Source of the DNA: an uncultured Ruficoccus sp.
GTDB lineage: Bacteria > Verrucomicrobiota > Verrucomicrobiia > Opitutales > Cerasicoccaceae
Assembly (NCBI GenBank): GCA_965140785.1
Contig: OZ223505.1
Coordinates: 64,001-128,000, forward strand
DNA length: 64,000 nt
Direction: 5' to 3'
A program made the position numbers and the translations under genes. Every line of letters starts with the position of its first letter. The first letter of the stretch is position 1. Below the pieces are notes generated by a model that saw only the letters and a program-made list of their open reading frames with translations, was not told where the DNA came from and did not search any database. Of the stretch, positions 51,895 through 61,524 are shown piece after piece.

Positions 51895-52437
51895 CTACTG
51901 CTCTAGCGGGATGAGGCGCAGGTAGCGGCGCAGATAGGGGACGCCTTCCTTATCCTTGTAGATGAGGACGAGGTCGCCGCGCTTGAGTGGGGGGGAGCCG
52001 GAGAGGATTTTGTCTTCAAAGCCGTCCACCACGCGGAACACCTGCACGCCGTCGGCGTCGAGTTCGGAGTGACGGATGACGAGTAAGCCGTCCTGAGGCA
52101 TTTCCCAGCGGGTGTCCTCGGGCATGATGTCGAGAAAGAGCGCGCGATCTTCATCCGTCACCCGCCGGGTGGCGGTGATGTTCTTCATGAAGCCGTTATC
52201 CTGAAACGAAAAGATCTGGTAGCGGGCGGTCAGTTGGGGGTCGTTTGCGGGGGGACGGCTGAATCGCTGGAAGGTCATTTCCCAGACCCCGGGCATATCC
52301 TCGTAGATGGCCGGCCGGGTATTGGCGGCAAAGACATTGTTCGCACCCTGCGCGTGAACGATCGTTATCGTTCCCAGACTGAGGGCGAGGAATAAAAAGA
52401 GCTGGCGAAGCGGGCCAATGGATGGGTTTAGCACCAT
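51895..52437 (-). CDS. Hypothetical exported protein
   Basis: Signal-like N-terminus ending VHA; coding-like composition. Confidence 0.6.
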   Translation of the reverse strand: MVLNPSIGPLRQLFLFLALSLGTITIVHAQGANNVFAANTRPAIYEDMPGVWEMTFQRFSRPPANDPQLTARYQIFSFQDNGFMKNITATRRVTDEDRALFLDIMPEDTRWEMPQDGLLVIRHSELDADGVQVFRVVDGFEDKILSGSPPLKRGDLVLIYKDKEGVPYLRRYLRLIPLEQ

Positions 52438-52514
52438 TGACGCAACCTAGGTCCCCCGCAGGCAAAAGGCAAGTTTGGCGTAGCGCGGGTTTGTTGGGAG
52501 GCGGCAAAGCCTGC

Positions 52515-52787
52515 TCAGAGTCCGTTATTATTCAACGGGCTGGCCGGGTTCATGGGATTCATTAGACTGTTCGGATTCTCAGGGTTATCCGGGTTCAGGG
52601 GGCTGTTGGGGTTCGCCGGATTGTCGGGATTGTTGATCCCGCCCGGATAGGTGGGGCTCAATGGGTCAGATGCGGAACTATTGGGGCTCATGCCCCCGTT
52701 TTCTGCGTTCCAGCTTTCACAGCCAGCGAGTAGGGTGGAGAGGATTAACAGGAGATAACAGAGGTGTTTTCTGGGTATCGCCGTCAT
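52515..52787 (-). CDS. Small lipoprotein with Asn-Pro repeats
   Basis: Lipobox LLAGC; NPDNPANPNSPLNPDNPENPNSLMNPMNPASPLN. Confidence 0.7.
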   Translation of the reverse strand: MTAIPRKHLCYLLLILSTLLAGCESWNAENGGMSPNSSASDPLSPTYPGGINNPDNPANPNSPLNPDNPENPNSLMNPMNPASPLNNNGL

Positions 52788-52823
52788 GGGAGGGAGTGGT
52801 TGGGGGGGAGATGGAATTCGATC

Positions 52824-54608
52824 TTAATGCTGGCGCATAAGGGGGAGGATGAAGCGGAAGAGGGTGCCCTCGGGGCCGGTCTGGACGAGCTCCAGCTCGC
52901 CACGGTGGGCCTTGAGAATCTGGCGGGAGATGGCCAACCCGAGGCCGGTGCCCTGAGACTTACCAGTGAGGAAGGACTCGAAGATGCGCTCCCGTATCTT
53001 GGCGGGAACGCCCGAGCCGGAGTCCTTGATAGAGACGGTGGCCATGGCGCGCTCGCCGATCTGCTCCGAGGCGATCTCGATGGAGATGACGCCCCCGTCG
53101 GGCATGGCCTCGACGGCGTTGATGACGAGGTTGAGGATGACCTGCTGAATCTGGCCCTTGTGGACCTCGACCATGAGCGCCTCGGGCGGTGTCTGGTAGG
53201 CCAGGTGGACCTTGGACTGTTCCAGCTTAAGTCGGAGCAGCAGCAGGCTGTCCTCGACCAGCTTTTTCAAATTCTGGGGCGCGTGCATCTCCGAGCGGCT
53301 CTTGCCGAAGTTGAGCACGCGACTGACGATCTCCTCGAGCTGAACGATCTTTTCGCCGATCACGGCCACGTCCTGTTGGCGCGGGTCGTTCTGGGGGAAT
53401 TGCAAATCGAGCGCCTCGAACAGGAGCTTGATCACGGTTAGCGGATTGCGGATCTCGTGGGCGATTTCCGCCGCCAGCAGGCCGAGGGTGGTCAGGCGCT
53501 CGTTACGGCGCAGGCTCTCCTCGGTGGCGAAGACGCGGCTGTACAGGCGCGAGTTTTCCATGGCCACGCCGCCGAGCGAGGCGAGGGTGGCGAAGAGGCG
53601 CTTCTCGTCGTTGTTGAAGCGGTGGGAGACGTCGGTGTAGGCGTTGAGCACGCCGACGACTTCCTTGCCCACCACGATAGGCGTGGTCAGCATGGAGCGC
53701 AGTTGCTCGCGCTGGACGAAGTTGACGAAATGGTGCTCTTCGGTGCGGGCCAGGTCGGTGACACTGATCTGTTTGTTGCGCTTGAGGGCGACGCCGAGTG
53801 TGCTCTGCTCCAATTCCAGGGTTTCGCGGTAGTCGACCTCGCCGGTGGGGCCTTCGAGCGCCTGCATGTCCAGAGATCGGCCGTCGGGGGTCAGGAGCAT
53901 GATGGCGCAGTAGCGGCAATCCATCAGGCGGCGGGCTTCCCGGGCGATGCCGCGTAACAGCGTAGGCTGGTCGCGGGTGGCCACCAGTTGCTGGCCGGCG
54001 CTGATGAGGGCCTGGAGCTGGCCGGCTTTTTCCTTGAGCTGGTTGATGAGCCAGAGGCGGCTGACGACCTTGGTGGCTTCGGAGGTGAGCAGGACGAGGA
54101 GCTTGAGGTCCTCCTCGTCGAAGGCTCCGACGTGCTCGCTGTCCACGTTGACAACGCCGACGGTCAGCCCTTGCAGGAGCATGGGCGCGGCCATCTCGGA
54201 GCGGATGGACTGTTTTAAAGTGATGTAGCGCGCATCGAAGCGCACATCCTCGATCAGCACGGGCTGGCCGTGGAGGGCGACCCAGCCGGTGACGCCGCTG
54301 CCCAGGGCGAGCTTGATCTCCTCGGAGGACTTGGGCAGGCCGCGGTAAACCTCGATTTCGAGCCGGTTGGTGTCCGGGTTAATGAGTGCGATGGACGCAC
54401 TGGTGGCTCCCAGCGTCTCCAGCAGGTTCTTGATAATCAGCTCCAGCGCCTCGCGCGGGTCCTCGGTCTGGCTGACCAGACTGCTGATCCGATACAGGGA
54501 ATCGAGCACGGAACGGTCTTCCTGGGCGGTTTTCAACGCTGGATCAGCATGGGGGAAATTCTCTCCCGCGCAATGCCAATTCCCTTCGGCTTGGGTGCCA
54601 TCCTTCAC
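52824..54608 (-). CDS. Cytoplasmic GAF-GAF histidine kinase
   Basis: Two GAF domains; AHEIRNPL H-box; NLVINAVEAM, DSGSGV, GTGLGL. Confidence 0.9.
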   Translation of the reverse strand: MKDGTQAEGNWHCAGENFPHADPALKTAQEDRSVLDSLYRISSLVSQTEDPREALELIIKNLLETLGATSASIALINPDTNRLEIEVYRGLPKSSEEIKLALGSGVTGWVALHGQPVLIEDVRFDARYITLKQSIRSEMAAPMLLQGLTVGVVNVDSEHVGAFDEEDLKLLVLLTSEATKVVSRLWLINQLKEKAGQLQALISAGQQLVATRDQPTLLRGIAREARRLMDCRYCAIMLLTPDGRSLDMQALEGPTGEVDYRETLELEQSTLGVALKRNKQISVTDLARTEEHHFVNFVQREQLRSMLTTPIVVGKEVVGVLNAYTDVSHRFNNDEKRLFATLASLGGVAMENSRLYSRVFATEESLRRNERLTTLGLLAAEIAHEIRNPLTVIKLLFEALDLQFPQNDPRQQDVAVIGEKIVQLEEIVSRVLNFGKSRSEMHAPQNLKKLVEDSLLLLRLKLEQSKVHLAYQTPPEALMVEVHKGQIQQVILNLVINAVEAMPDGGVISIEIASEQIGERAMATVSIKDSGSGVPAKIRERIFESFLTGKSQGTGLGLAISRQILKAHRGELELVQTGPEGTLFRFILPLMRQH

Positions 54609-54614
54609 GCCGGT

Positions 54615-57446
54615 TTAGATAACGGCCTGGAAATCTTCGCACGAGATGATCCGGTTGAGCGTGTCGCGCAGGGCGACGAGGCTGGAGGTGTCGGATTTGT
54701 TTCCATGGTCGATGCGCTCGATGTAGAAGGTGTCGAGCGCGGCGGTCCGCTCAGTGGAGATGCGGGCGAAGGTGATGTCGAAGCCGTGATCGAAGATGGC
54801 CTTCGAGAGCTGGTAGAGGAGGCCGATGTGGTCGTTGGTCTGGACCTCGACAATGGTGCGGCGCAGGGAAAGCTCGTGGTAGATGTCCACGGAGGCCGGG
54901 ATGGGGGCGCGCAGGCGCGAGTCGGTCTCGTACATCTTGGCGCGGCTGGCCTGGCGGGCCTTGTCCTGGATGCCGGTCATGAGGTCCTTATTGGTGAGCA
55001 GGGCGTCGTTGAGCTCCTTTTCGAAAACCTCGCGGGCCTGGGTATTGTTGACCACGCCACCGGAGGGATCGACCACGTAGAAGGTGTCGATCGTGATATG
55101 GTCCCCGCGGGAGATGGCCTTCGTGCTGAGAATATTCACCCCGGCCACGGTGAGGGCGCCGGCGAGTTTGTAGAACAGGCCGGCCCGGTCCCAGGTGACG
55201 ACATTGACGATACTCATGCCCTGGTCCAGGTCGTCCTTCCAGTCCACCATGGGCACGAGCGAGCCGACAGAATCGGCCTCGGTGATCTGCCCGAGCAGGT
55301 TGTTGATCATGCGCAGGTGCAGCTCGATGTCCTCGGCGCTGTTGTGCAGGAAATAACGCTCCGGCAGCAGATTGAAATGGGCTTCGATCTGGTCTTCCGG
55401 GATGTCGGGCAAGCTATTAGCAATGAGTTTCTTGTGTATCATCTCGATGTGTTCTCTGGCCTTGCGGGCCACGGCCTCCTCATCGTGGAGCAGGTCGAGG
55501 CTGGCACGGTAGAGCTGGCGGTGGAGGGAGTCTTTGTATTCGTTCCAGAGGCTTTCGGCCGTCCCGCGTGCATCACAGAAGGTGCAGACGAAGAGGTGTC
55601 GCAGGGCCTCCTCATTTTCCACCAACTCGGCAAACGATTCGATCGTCCTCGGGTCATCTACATCGAAGCGTTGCCAGAATCGTGCCATTTCGAGGTGATT
55701 TTTAATAATAAATAAAACCAAGGGCCGTAATTTTTCGCTAACGCCCATGCGCTTGAGGATGGGCTTGGCCAGGACGACGCCGCGCTCGCAGTGGTTTTGG
55801 GTCCCGTCGCTTTTACCCAGATCGTGCAGCAGCAGGATGAGGTAGAGCAGGGCGGGCGTCTCGGCCTGGCGGATGGCCTCCCGGTAGGGGGCGGTGAGCT
55901 CGCCCTCACCCTCGAAGACCTGGTCGAGCTCGCGGATGGTGTTGAGGACGTGGATGTCCGCGGTGTAGCGGTGATAGAACTCGTGCTGGACCAGGCAGGT
56001 CAGCTCGCCGAACTCGGGGATGAAGCGCCCGAGCACGCCCAGCTCGTGCATGAGCGAAAGGGTGGGGTAAACCTGTCCGCGCTCCTGCAGGATGGAGCGA
56101 AAGGTGCGGTTGGGGGACTCGGCGTGGGTGATGCGCGGGGTGATGAGCTGGGTCGAGTTGGAAATAAGGATTTGCAGCTCGATGTCGAGCTTGGCCCGGT
56201 GCTGCTGGGTGTAGCGGAAGACGCGGATCAGCCGGTCGGGGTCCTCCTGGAAAACGTCGGTGTGCTCGTAGCTCAACACGCTCTCGCGCAGGATGAAGCC
56301 GTCGAAGTGCTTCTGCAGGCTCATCTGGCGCGAGCGGATGACGTCGCGCATGGTCAGGCGCTCCTTGCCGGGCATGCCGGTGATGGCGAGTCGCTGCTCC
56401 AGCAGGCGCGAGAGGGTGTAGATCCGGTTGGCGTGCGAGTAGTAATCGCGCATGAACCACTCCACCCGCCTGAAAATGTCCTGGCGGCGATAGCCCAGCG
56501 CCCAGGCCACCTGGGGCTGCTTTTCGAGGTTGAGCAAGTCGGTGGGGCGGGCGCTCTCGAAGTGGAGCTCGTTGCGCACGCGCAGGAGAAAGTCGTAGGC
56601 GGTCTGGAGGGTCTTGTGCTCCTGGGCGGTGAGGTAGCGCTTGCGCTCCAGGGCGTCGAGCGAACCCTCGCCCAGCCGGATGCGGGCCATCCAGAGGATG
56701 TTCTGGTAATCGCGCAGGCCGCCGACCCCGTTCTTGATGTCGGGCTCCTGCATGAAGACCGTGCCGCCGTACTTCTTGCGCCGCTCGGCCTGGTCCTGGA
56801 GGCGGAACTTGACGTAGGGGGTGGGGTCCTCGCTTTCGAGGAACTTGTTGTAGTCGTGAAGGAACTTGGCGAAAACTTTTTTCGAGCCGCAGATGAGGCG
56901 GGCCTCCAGCAGGGCGTTCTTGGACTGGTCCTCGACCTTGGCCTCCTCCAGCGCCTCGCGAATGGTCCGGGTGGAGTGGCCGACCTTCAGGTTGAGGTCC
57001 CAGAGGGGGTAGAGTATCTCGTTGGTCAGGGTCTCCTGCAAGGGCTTGATCAGGACTTTGTTGACCCGCTTGGGGAAGAGAAACATCAGGTCGATGTCGC
57101 TGAAGGGGCTCAGCTCCTCGCGCCCGTAGCCACCGAGGGCGACCAAGGCTACCTCGCAGGGGAGCTTACCATGGGCGCGCTTGTAGGTCTCCAGGGCGAA
57201 CTCGAAGAGCTGCTGGAGGAGCACGTCGATCATGATGGAGCGGGACTTGGCCACGCGCAGCCCGGAGTCGCCCTTGCGGTGGTAGCGCTGGAGCATTTCG
57301 CGCTCCAGGCGGGCGTATTGCTTGAGCTTGGGCAGGCGCTCGCCCACGCCTTCACCGGGCGCGAAGTCGAGGCGCTTCTCGGCGTGTTGGCGAATGCGGC
57401 GGATCAACGGATCTGGCGAAGTCGGGCTCAAAACCCTCTTAATCAC
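54615..57446 (-). CDS. glnD: [Protein-PII] uridylyltransferase
   Basis: ALGGYGR.ELSPFSDIDL, EPDIKNG.GGLRD, YHRYTADIH, LLHDLGK (HD), two C-terminal ACT domains. Confidence 0.95.
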   Translation of the reverse strand: MIKRVLSPTSPDPLIRRIRQHAEKRLDFAPGEGVGERLPKLKQYARLEREMLQRYHRKGDSGLRVAKSRSIMIDVLLQQLFEFALETYKRAHGKLPCEVALVALGGYGREELSPFSDIDLMFLFPKRVNKVLIKPLQETLTNEILYPLWDLNLKVGHSTRTIREALEEAKVEDQSKNALLEARLICGSKKVFAKFLHDYNKFLESEDPTPYVKFRLQDQAERRKKYGGTVFMQEPDIKNGVGGLRDYQNILWMARIRLGEGSLDALERKRYLTAQEHKTLQTAYDFLLRVRNELHFESARPTDLLNLEKQPQVAWALGYRRQDIFRRVEWFMRDYYSHANRIYTLSRLLEQRLAITGMPGKERLTMRDVIRSRQMSLQKHFDGFILRESVLSYEHTDVFQEDPDRLIRVFRYTQQHRAKLDIELQILISNSTQLITPRITHAESPNRTFRSILQERGQVYPTLSLMHELGVLGRFIPEFGELTCLVQHEFYHRYTADIHVLNTIRELDQVFEGEGELTAPYREAIRQAETPALLYLILLLHDLGKSDGTQNHCERGVVLAKPILKRMGVSEKLRPLVLFIIKNHLEMARFWQRFDVDDPRTIESFAELVENEEALRHLFVCTFCDARGTAESLWNEYKDSLHRQLYRASLDLLHDEEAVARKAREHIEMIHKKLIANSLPDIPEDQIEAHFNLLPERYFLHNSAEDIELHLRMINNLLGQITEADSVGSLVPMVDWKDDLDQGMSIVNVVTWDRAGLFYKLAGALTVAGVNILSTKAISRGDHITIDTFYVVDPSGGVVNNTQAREVFEKELNDALLTNKDLMTGIQDKARQASRAKMYETDSRLRAPIPASVDIYHELSLRRTIVEVQTNDHIGLLYQLSKAIFDHGFDITFARISTERTAALDTFYIERIDHGNKSDTSSLVALRDTLNRIISCEDFQAVI

Positions 57447-57629
57447 GCAGATGGCATGGCGGTTGACAACGGGGAAAATGCCTGAGGCCGGATAATTCTT
57501 GCCCCCGGGGCGGAAGCCAAAGAGCCGCGGGCGTATCCATGCCGGATTGCCCGCGGCTCGAAGAACCGAATGAACAGGCTCGTAGTCTCTGCGCCTAGCG
57601 GTGTCCGATTTCCTCTCTGGGTGATGAGG

Positions 57630-57657
57630 AAAAAATGGAGAGATTTCTAAATCTCTC
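57630..57657 (-). terminator. Probable terminator of the low-GC island
   Basis: GAGAGATTT-ct-AAATCTCTC with A run on the + side. Confidence 0.5.
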
Positions 57658-57684
57658 GCGTGTCATTGCCCCGCCCTTGGTGGT

Positions 57685-58564
57685 CTATTTGGTTTTGTTT
57701 TTTGGGGGGGACTTGTCTTTTGGGTCTTCTATCTCAAATGTACTTGGTTTTGGGTCTTCTACTTCAAATGTATCGAGTGGCTTTCGGACGCTGCTACTCT
57801 CTACTTCATTTGAATCATCGGCTTTTTCCAGGCCTGGGTTAGATTTGGGGCTTTTGAAGCTGGAGGCAAAAAGGTTCAGACTGGGCTTTTCCACCAATGA
57901 TTCCGGATCCTTTTGAGCCTTCTCCTCAGGGGGGTTTCCCTGCAAGGAATGCTCATTGGGCTTTTCCGCCGATGATTTCGGATCCTTTTGAGCCTTCTCC
58001 TGAGGGGGCTCCCCTGCAAAGGGATGCTTATTGGAATTAGTTACATCTGTAATTTTTGTGAGGCTACTTCTTGATTCTGAAGCCATGTCTGCAGACTGCT
58101 GTTTTTTTTTCCGGAGTGCGGTACGACGCGGGGTCATCAGGATCCTCTTTGCGTTCTTCCTCGGTATCTAGATTCTCATCAGCTTCATTGATAACTGCCA
58201 GGCCATCCTTTTCAAAATCTTTAGCTAGTTTTTCACCTTCCTCGACGACTGCCTTGAGACGCCGATAAGAGAGGGGGCTCCCCCGTGAGATTTGCTGGTC
58301 CAGATAACGAAGCGTAGTGTTCGAGAGGTTATTCGCGTACTTATCCCGCAGTGCTTGGTTTGTTCTCTTGTTGTTCTCCTTGTAGGGGCCATAGAGTGCA
58401 CGCCCGATAAAGCGGAAAAGCCTGCCGATCCATGAAGTCGCGAAATAGCCTTTGGGATCTCGAATCTCCTTGGTTGCGTCGTTTTTTTCGATATAGAGTT
58501 GGTCCTGCTCATTGGCAATCCCATTTTTAAGGTTACTAAGAGCATTGTCGATCCACTGTGTCAT
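57685..58564 (-). pseudogene. Low-GC secreted-effector-like gene split at an A9 tract
   Basis: ORFs 58064..58564 and 57685..58137 join into 292 aa if one base of T9 (58102-58110) is removed; internal 75-bp and 30-bp repeats. Confidence 0.6.
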
Positions 58565-58807
58565 AGTATTTAGTGTTTGGTTTGTTTGTGATTGTTGTTT
58601 GGCAATTATTCAGCCATCTGCGGCTGCCGCGCCTAAGGGGTGGTCTCTGGAGAAGATGGGGGGCTGGGAGGCATGGGGCGCGAATTTAGAGGGTAATTGC
58701 CGGTCGCCTGGTTTTGACGGCTGTTGCGGTGAGTTTGAGTCGTGACGGAGTGGTGAGGCTGTGGATTCTGCGGTTGATGCCCGGAGGGGGTATCCGGTGT
58801 TTGTGCC

Positions 58808-59251
58808 TTACACGCGTGGATAATTGGTCTCGGTCAAATTCGCCTCCGCGCCTTCAGGTCGCTCCATAAACATCGGTTCGGATAAATCGTCGGCCGCATG
58901 GAGGAGGCTCTCTACGGCTGCCATCAGCATCTGTACGTTCAGGCTCTCAAGGCTCTCCATGATTGCCAGGATGAGGTCGTCGCCCTCGGCGGGCAGGCTG
59001 GCAATGATCCCGCTTGTCTCGATCGCGGCGGTATTGATCCTGAGCAGCAAATCCTTCTCCTGCTCAGTGACTTCCCGACCCCGGATCTGGCAGCTGACCG
59101 CGAGATGGGTGCTGTCTTCGGTCAGGGCGATCTTCAGCGTGTATTTTTCATCAACATCAAAAACGATTTGCTCGAGATCGGGCTCAAGTTTCATCGGGAG
59201 CCCGGAGTTGGTGGAAAAATCTTCGAGCAATCTTTCAAACTTTGCATTCAT
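58808..59251 (-). CDS. CesT/Tir-chaperone-like small acidic protein
   Basis: 147 aa, acidic; helix, beta strands, LLLRIN helix, strands, C-terminal amphipathic helix, matching the class I T3SS chaperone pattern by eye. Confidence 0.6.
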   Translation of the reverse strand: MNAKFERLLEDFSTNSGLPMKLEPDLEQIVFDVDEKYTLKIALTEDSTHLAVSCQIRGREVTEQEKDLLLRINTAAIETSGIIASLPAEGDDLILAIMESLESLNVQMLMAAVESLLHAADDLSEPMFMERPEGAEANLTETNYPRV

Positions 59252-59859
59252 CGTTGTCAGTCTTTCGGGTTAATATGATATCCGTGGATGTAGAAAGTGG
59301 CTGGCGGCTGGGGCATCGTCTGTGAAGAGGCTCCTGTTGGGGATAGCGATGCCACTTGGGGTCAAAGGGTAAGCGGTGGCGACAAACCTTGTTCAGGCTT
59401 TACGGATATGCCGCCCTCCTCCGGCCACAAACAAGTCGTCCTGACTGAGGTCAGGCCGCACGGACAAAAAAAATCACAAAATTCAGAGAAGCCTGGAGCA
59501 GGGGCCTCTTGTCCGCGTGGTTCAGGGTGGTTACTGACAGCCATCAGATATCTATATTAATATTTTTTATGGGTATATCAATCATATATTATGAGTTGTC
59601 TGCCTTGCGTATGTTTTATAGATGATTGTTTTCTAGAGAAGATTTATATTAATGACGCTTATCATTGGGTGATTATGTAATGATTGAGAAGGGGTTGATC
59701 CTCAGGGTTTAACTATGCTGGCGCGTGCAGGCCTTTCCGTTTCGGATTACTCCGGGGAAAATACGCGAGGCCGCATAACTCTTGCGCCGGGCGTCGATTC
59801 TCCTTAATCAAGACAAACCTTCTCTCCACTCTCAATCTCTCTTCACCCAAGGCTCCCCC

Positions 59860-60525
59860 ATGACCCAGGTTCTTTTAACCGGTTTCGGCAGTTGGGCCGG
59901 CAGTAACGCCAACCCCTCCGAGCTTGTGGCCCGCGCTTTCGACGGCAAAACGCTCGCCGGGGCGCAGGTCTCGGCCATTACGCCGCCCAACATTTTCAAG
60001 GAGATGATCAGTTTCACCACGGCGGAGATCGACCGGCGCAAGCCGGACGTGGTCATCATGATGGGGGAATTCTGCGGACGGGGACTTTTAACGGTCGAGC
60101 GTCTGGCCCAGAACCTGATCGACGCGACCCGCTACGGGCTCGGCGACAGCGCGGGGGACCAGCCGCAGGACGAGCCCGTGGTGGCCGGTGGCCCGGTCGC
60201 CTACAAGGCCACGCTGCCCATCCGCGCCATGGTCAAGGCCATGCGGGCGGCTGGCATCCCGGCGGACATTTCTGACACGGGTGGCACCTTCGGCTGCAAC
60301 CTGCTCATGTACGGCGTGCTCCACCACCTCGCGGTGAACGATTGGCCTGCCCGCGCCGGGTGGGTGCACCTGCCCTCGCTGCCGGCCACCGCCGCGCTCG
60401 ACGAAAACCTCGGCATGCCCAGCATGGCGCTCGACACCCAGGTCGCCGGGCTCGAAGCCGGGATCATCGCCGCCGTCGAGCATCCCGCTGACATCGACGC
60501 GGCGATTAAGTCAAACTTCCAGTAA
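59860..60525 (+). CDS. pcp: Pyroglutamyl-peptidase I
   Basis: VLLTGF...NPS, TVER.A.N (Glu), GTFGCN (Cys), GWVHLP (His). Confidence 0.92.
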   Translation: MTQVLLTGFGSWAGSNANPSELVARAFDGKTLAGAQVSAITPPNIFKEMISFTTAEIDRRKPDVVIMMGEFCGRGLLTVERLAQNLIDATRYGLGDSAGDQPQDEPVVAGGPVAYKATLPIRAMVKAMRAAGIPADISDTGGTFGCNLLMYGVLHHLAVNDWPARAGWVHLPSLPATAALDENLGMPSMALDTQVAGLEAGIIAAVEHPADIDAAIKSNFQ

Positions 60526-60626
60526 CCGGCCGGGAGTCGGGGCTTTGAGAATTGTCGAGCTGAGGACACGAAATTCAGACCCAAACAGACACGAGGATGT
60601 GACCTAGAGAGGTTTGCGTACAGGGC

Positions 60627-60800
60627 CTCGTGTCGTGTTAGCCTAGTTCCTGATAAAATGCGAATGGCCACAACAGGCACAAAAAGCACAAAACCGGAAC
60701 TGGCCTCTCTAGATTCGCGCCTTATCCTGATTTTTTATGAGTTTTGTGCCTTTTTGTGGCTCAAATACATCTTCATGGAACTCAGCTAACACCATACTAG
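60627..60800. mobile_element. 174-bp non-autonomous element, copy 2 (core inverted)
   Basis: Right flank 54/59 identical to copy 1 in the same orientation; core 51/57 identical only as reverse complement. Confidence 0.85.
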
Positions 60801-60837
60801 GTCTGGTAGCTGGTTATCTGAGACTCTCGGTGGTTTT

Positions 60838-60896
60838 CATCCACGCACAGAATATTTCAGGCCTAACTGTGCCCAACTGTGGAATCTGTGGACAAA
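60838..60896. repeat. Degenerate CACAGAT element
   Basis: 60846-60896 is 43/51 identical to 32118-32168; most of the left arm is deleted. Confidence 0.75.
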
Positions 60897-60952
60897 TATA
60901 AACTCACCTTCGGCTAGGACTTGATCTGCTCTCAGCCCAGCCAGCGACGCCC

Positions 60953-61426
60953 CTATAAGCCGGGATGCTGCCCGGCCTCGGGGTCGAGCTCGGTGATGAG
61001 CAGCTCCTGCAGACCGGCCAGGAAGATATAGCAGGCGTACACCTGTTGGAGTTCCGGCTCCATCTCCTCGAAATCGAGCCCGCCCTCTTCGAGCTGTTCG
61101 TCGCCATAGGACTTGAGAAAAAGCTGATGGATCTTCAGCCGGACTGCCGAGCAGGCCCGCAGGATGGCCAGCGCTTTTTCCTCGGTGAGCACGACCTTCT
61201 GCCGCCCCAGGCCGGAGTCCTTCATCAGCGTGATCAACTGCTCACAATCCTCCCGCGCCGCATTGAGCAGACCCTCGCGCCAGGCCTCCAGCAAGTCCTC
61301 GTCGTCCTCGTCCGGCCCCTCTAGGTTGACCGCCAGCTGCACGCCGATATGCCGCGAGAAGTTCTCCACCAGTTCGAGAAAGGTGGTCAAAAATACCGGG
61401 CTGATCCTGAGGTGAAGTTCGGGCAT
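60953..61426 (-). CDS. DUF2017-like protein
   Basis: Acidic helical protein, AVRL.I and FLAGLQELLI segments, directly downstream of clpS. Confidence 0.6.
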   Translation of the reverse strand: MPELHLRISPVFLTTFLELVENFSRHIGVQLAVNLEGPDEDDEDLLEAWREGLLNAAREDCEQLITLMKDSGLGRQKVVLTEEKALAILRACSAVRLKIHQLFLKSYGDEQLEEGGLDFEEMEPELQQVYACYIFLAGLQELLITELDPEAGQHPGL

Positions 61427-61524
61427 GGTGTGAAGCGGCGTGCTAAACCAAATCCAGCCGCCGGATAAATGCAAGGCTCAGCTCCGGGTACCAGCAAAGC
61501 TCCTGAGGCATCTGAGGGGAACTG

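Noticed and set aside
58612..58807. C/A-skewed open frame between the chaperone-like and effector-like genes
   Set aside because: No start codon or recognisable motif; may simply be untranslated leader.
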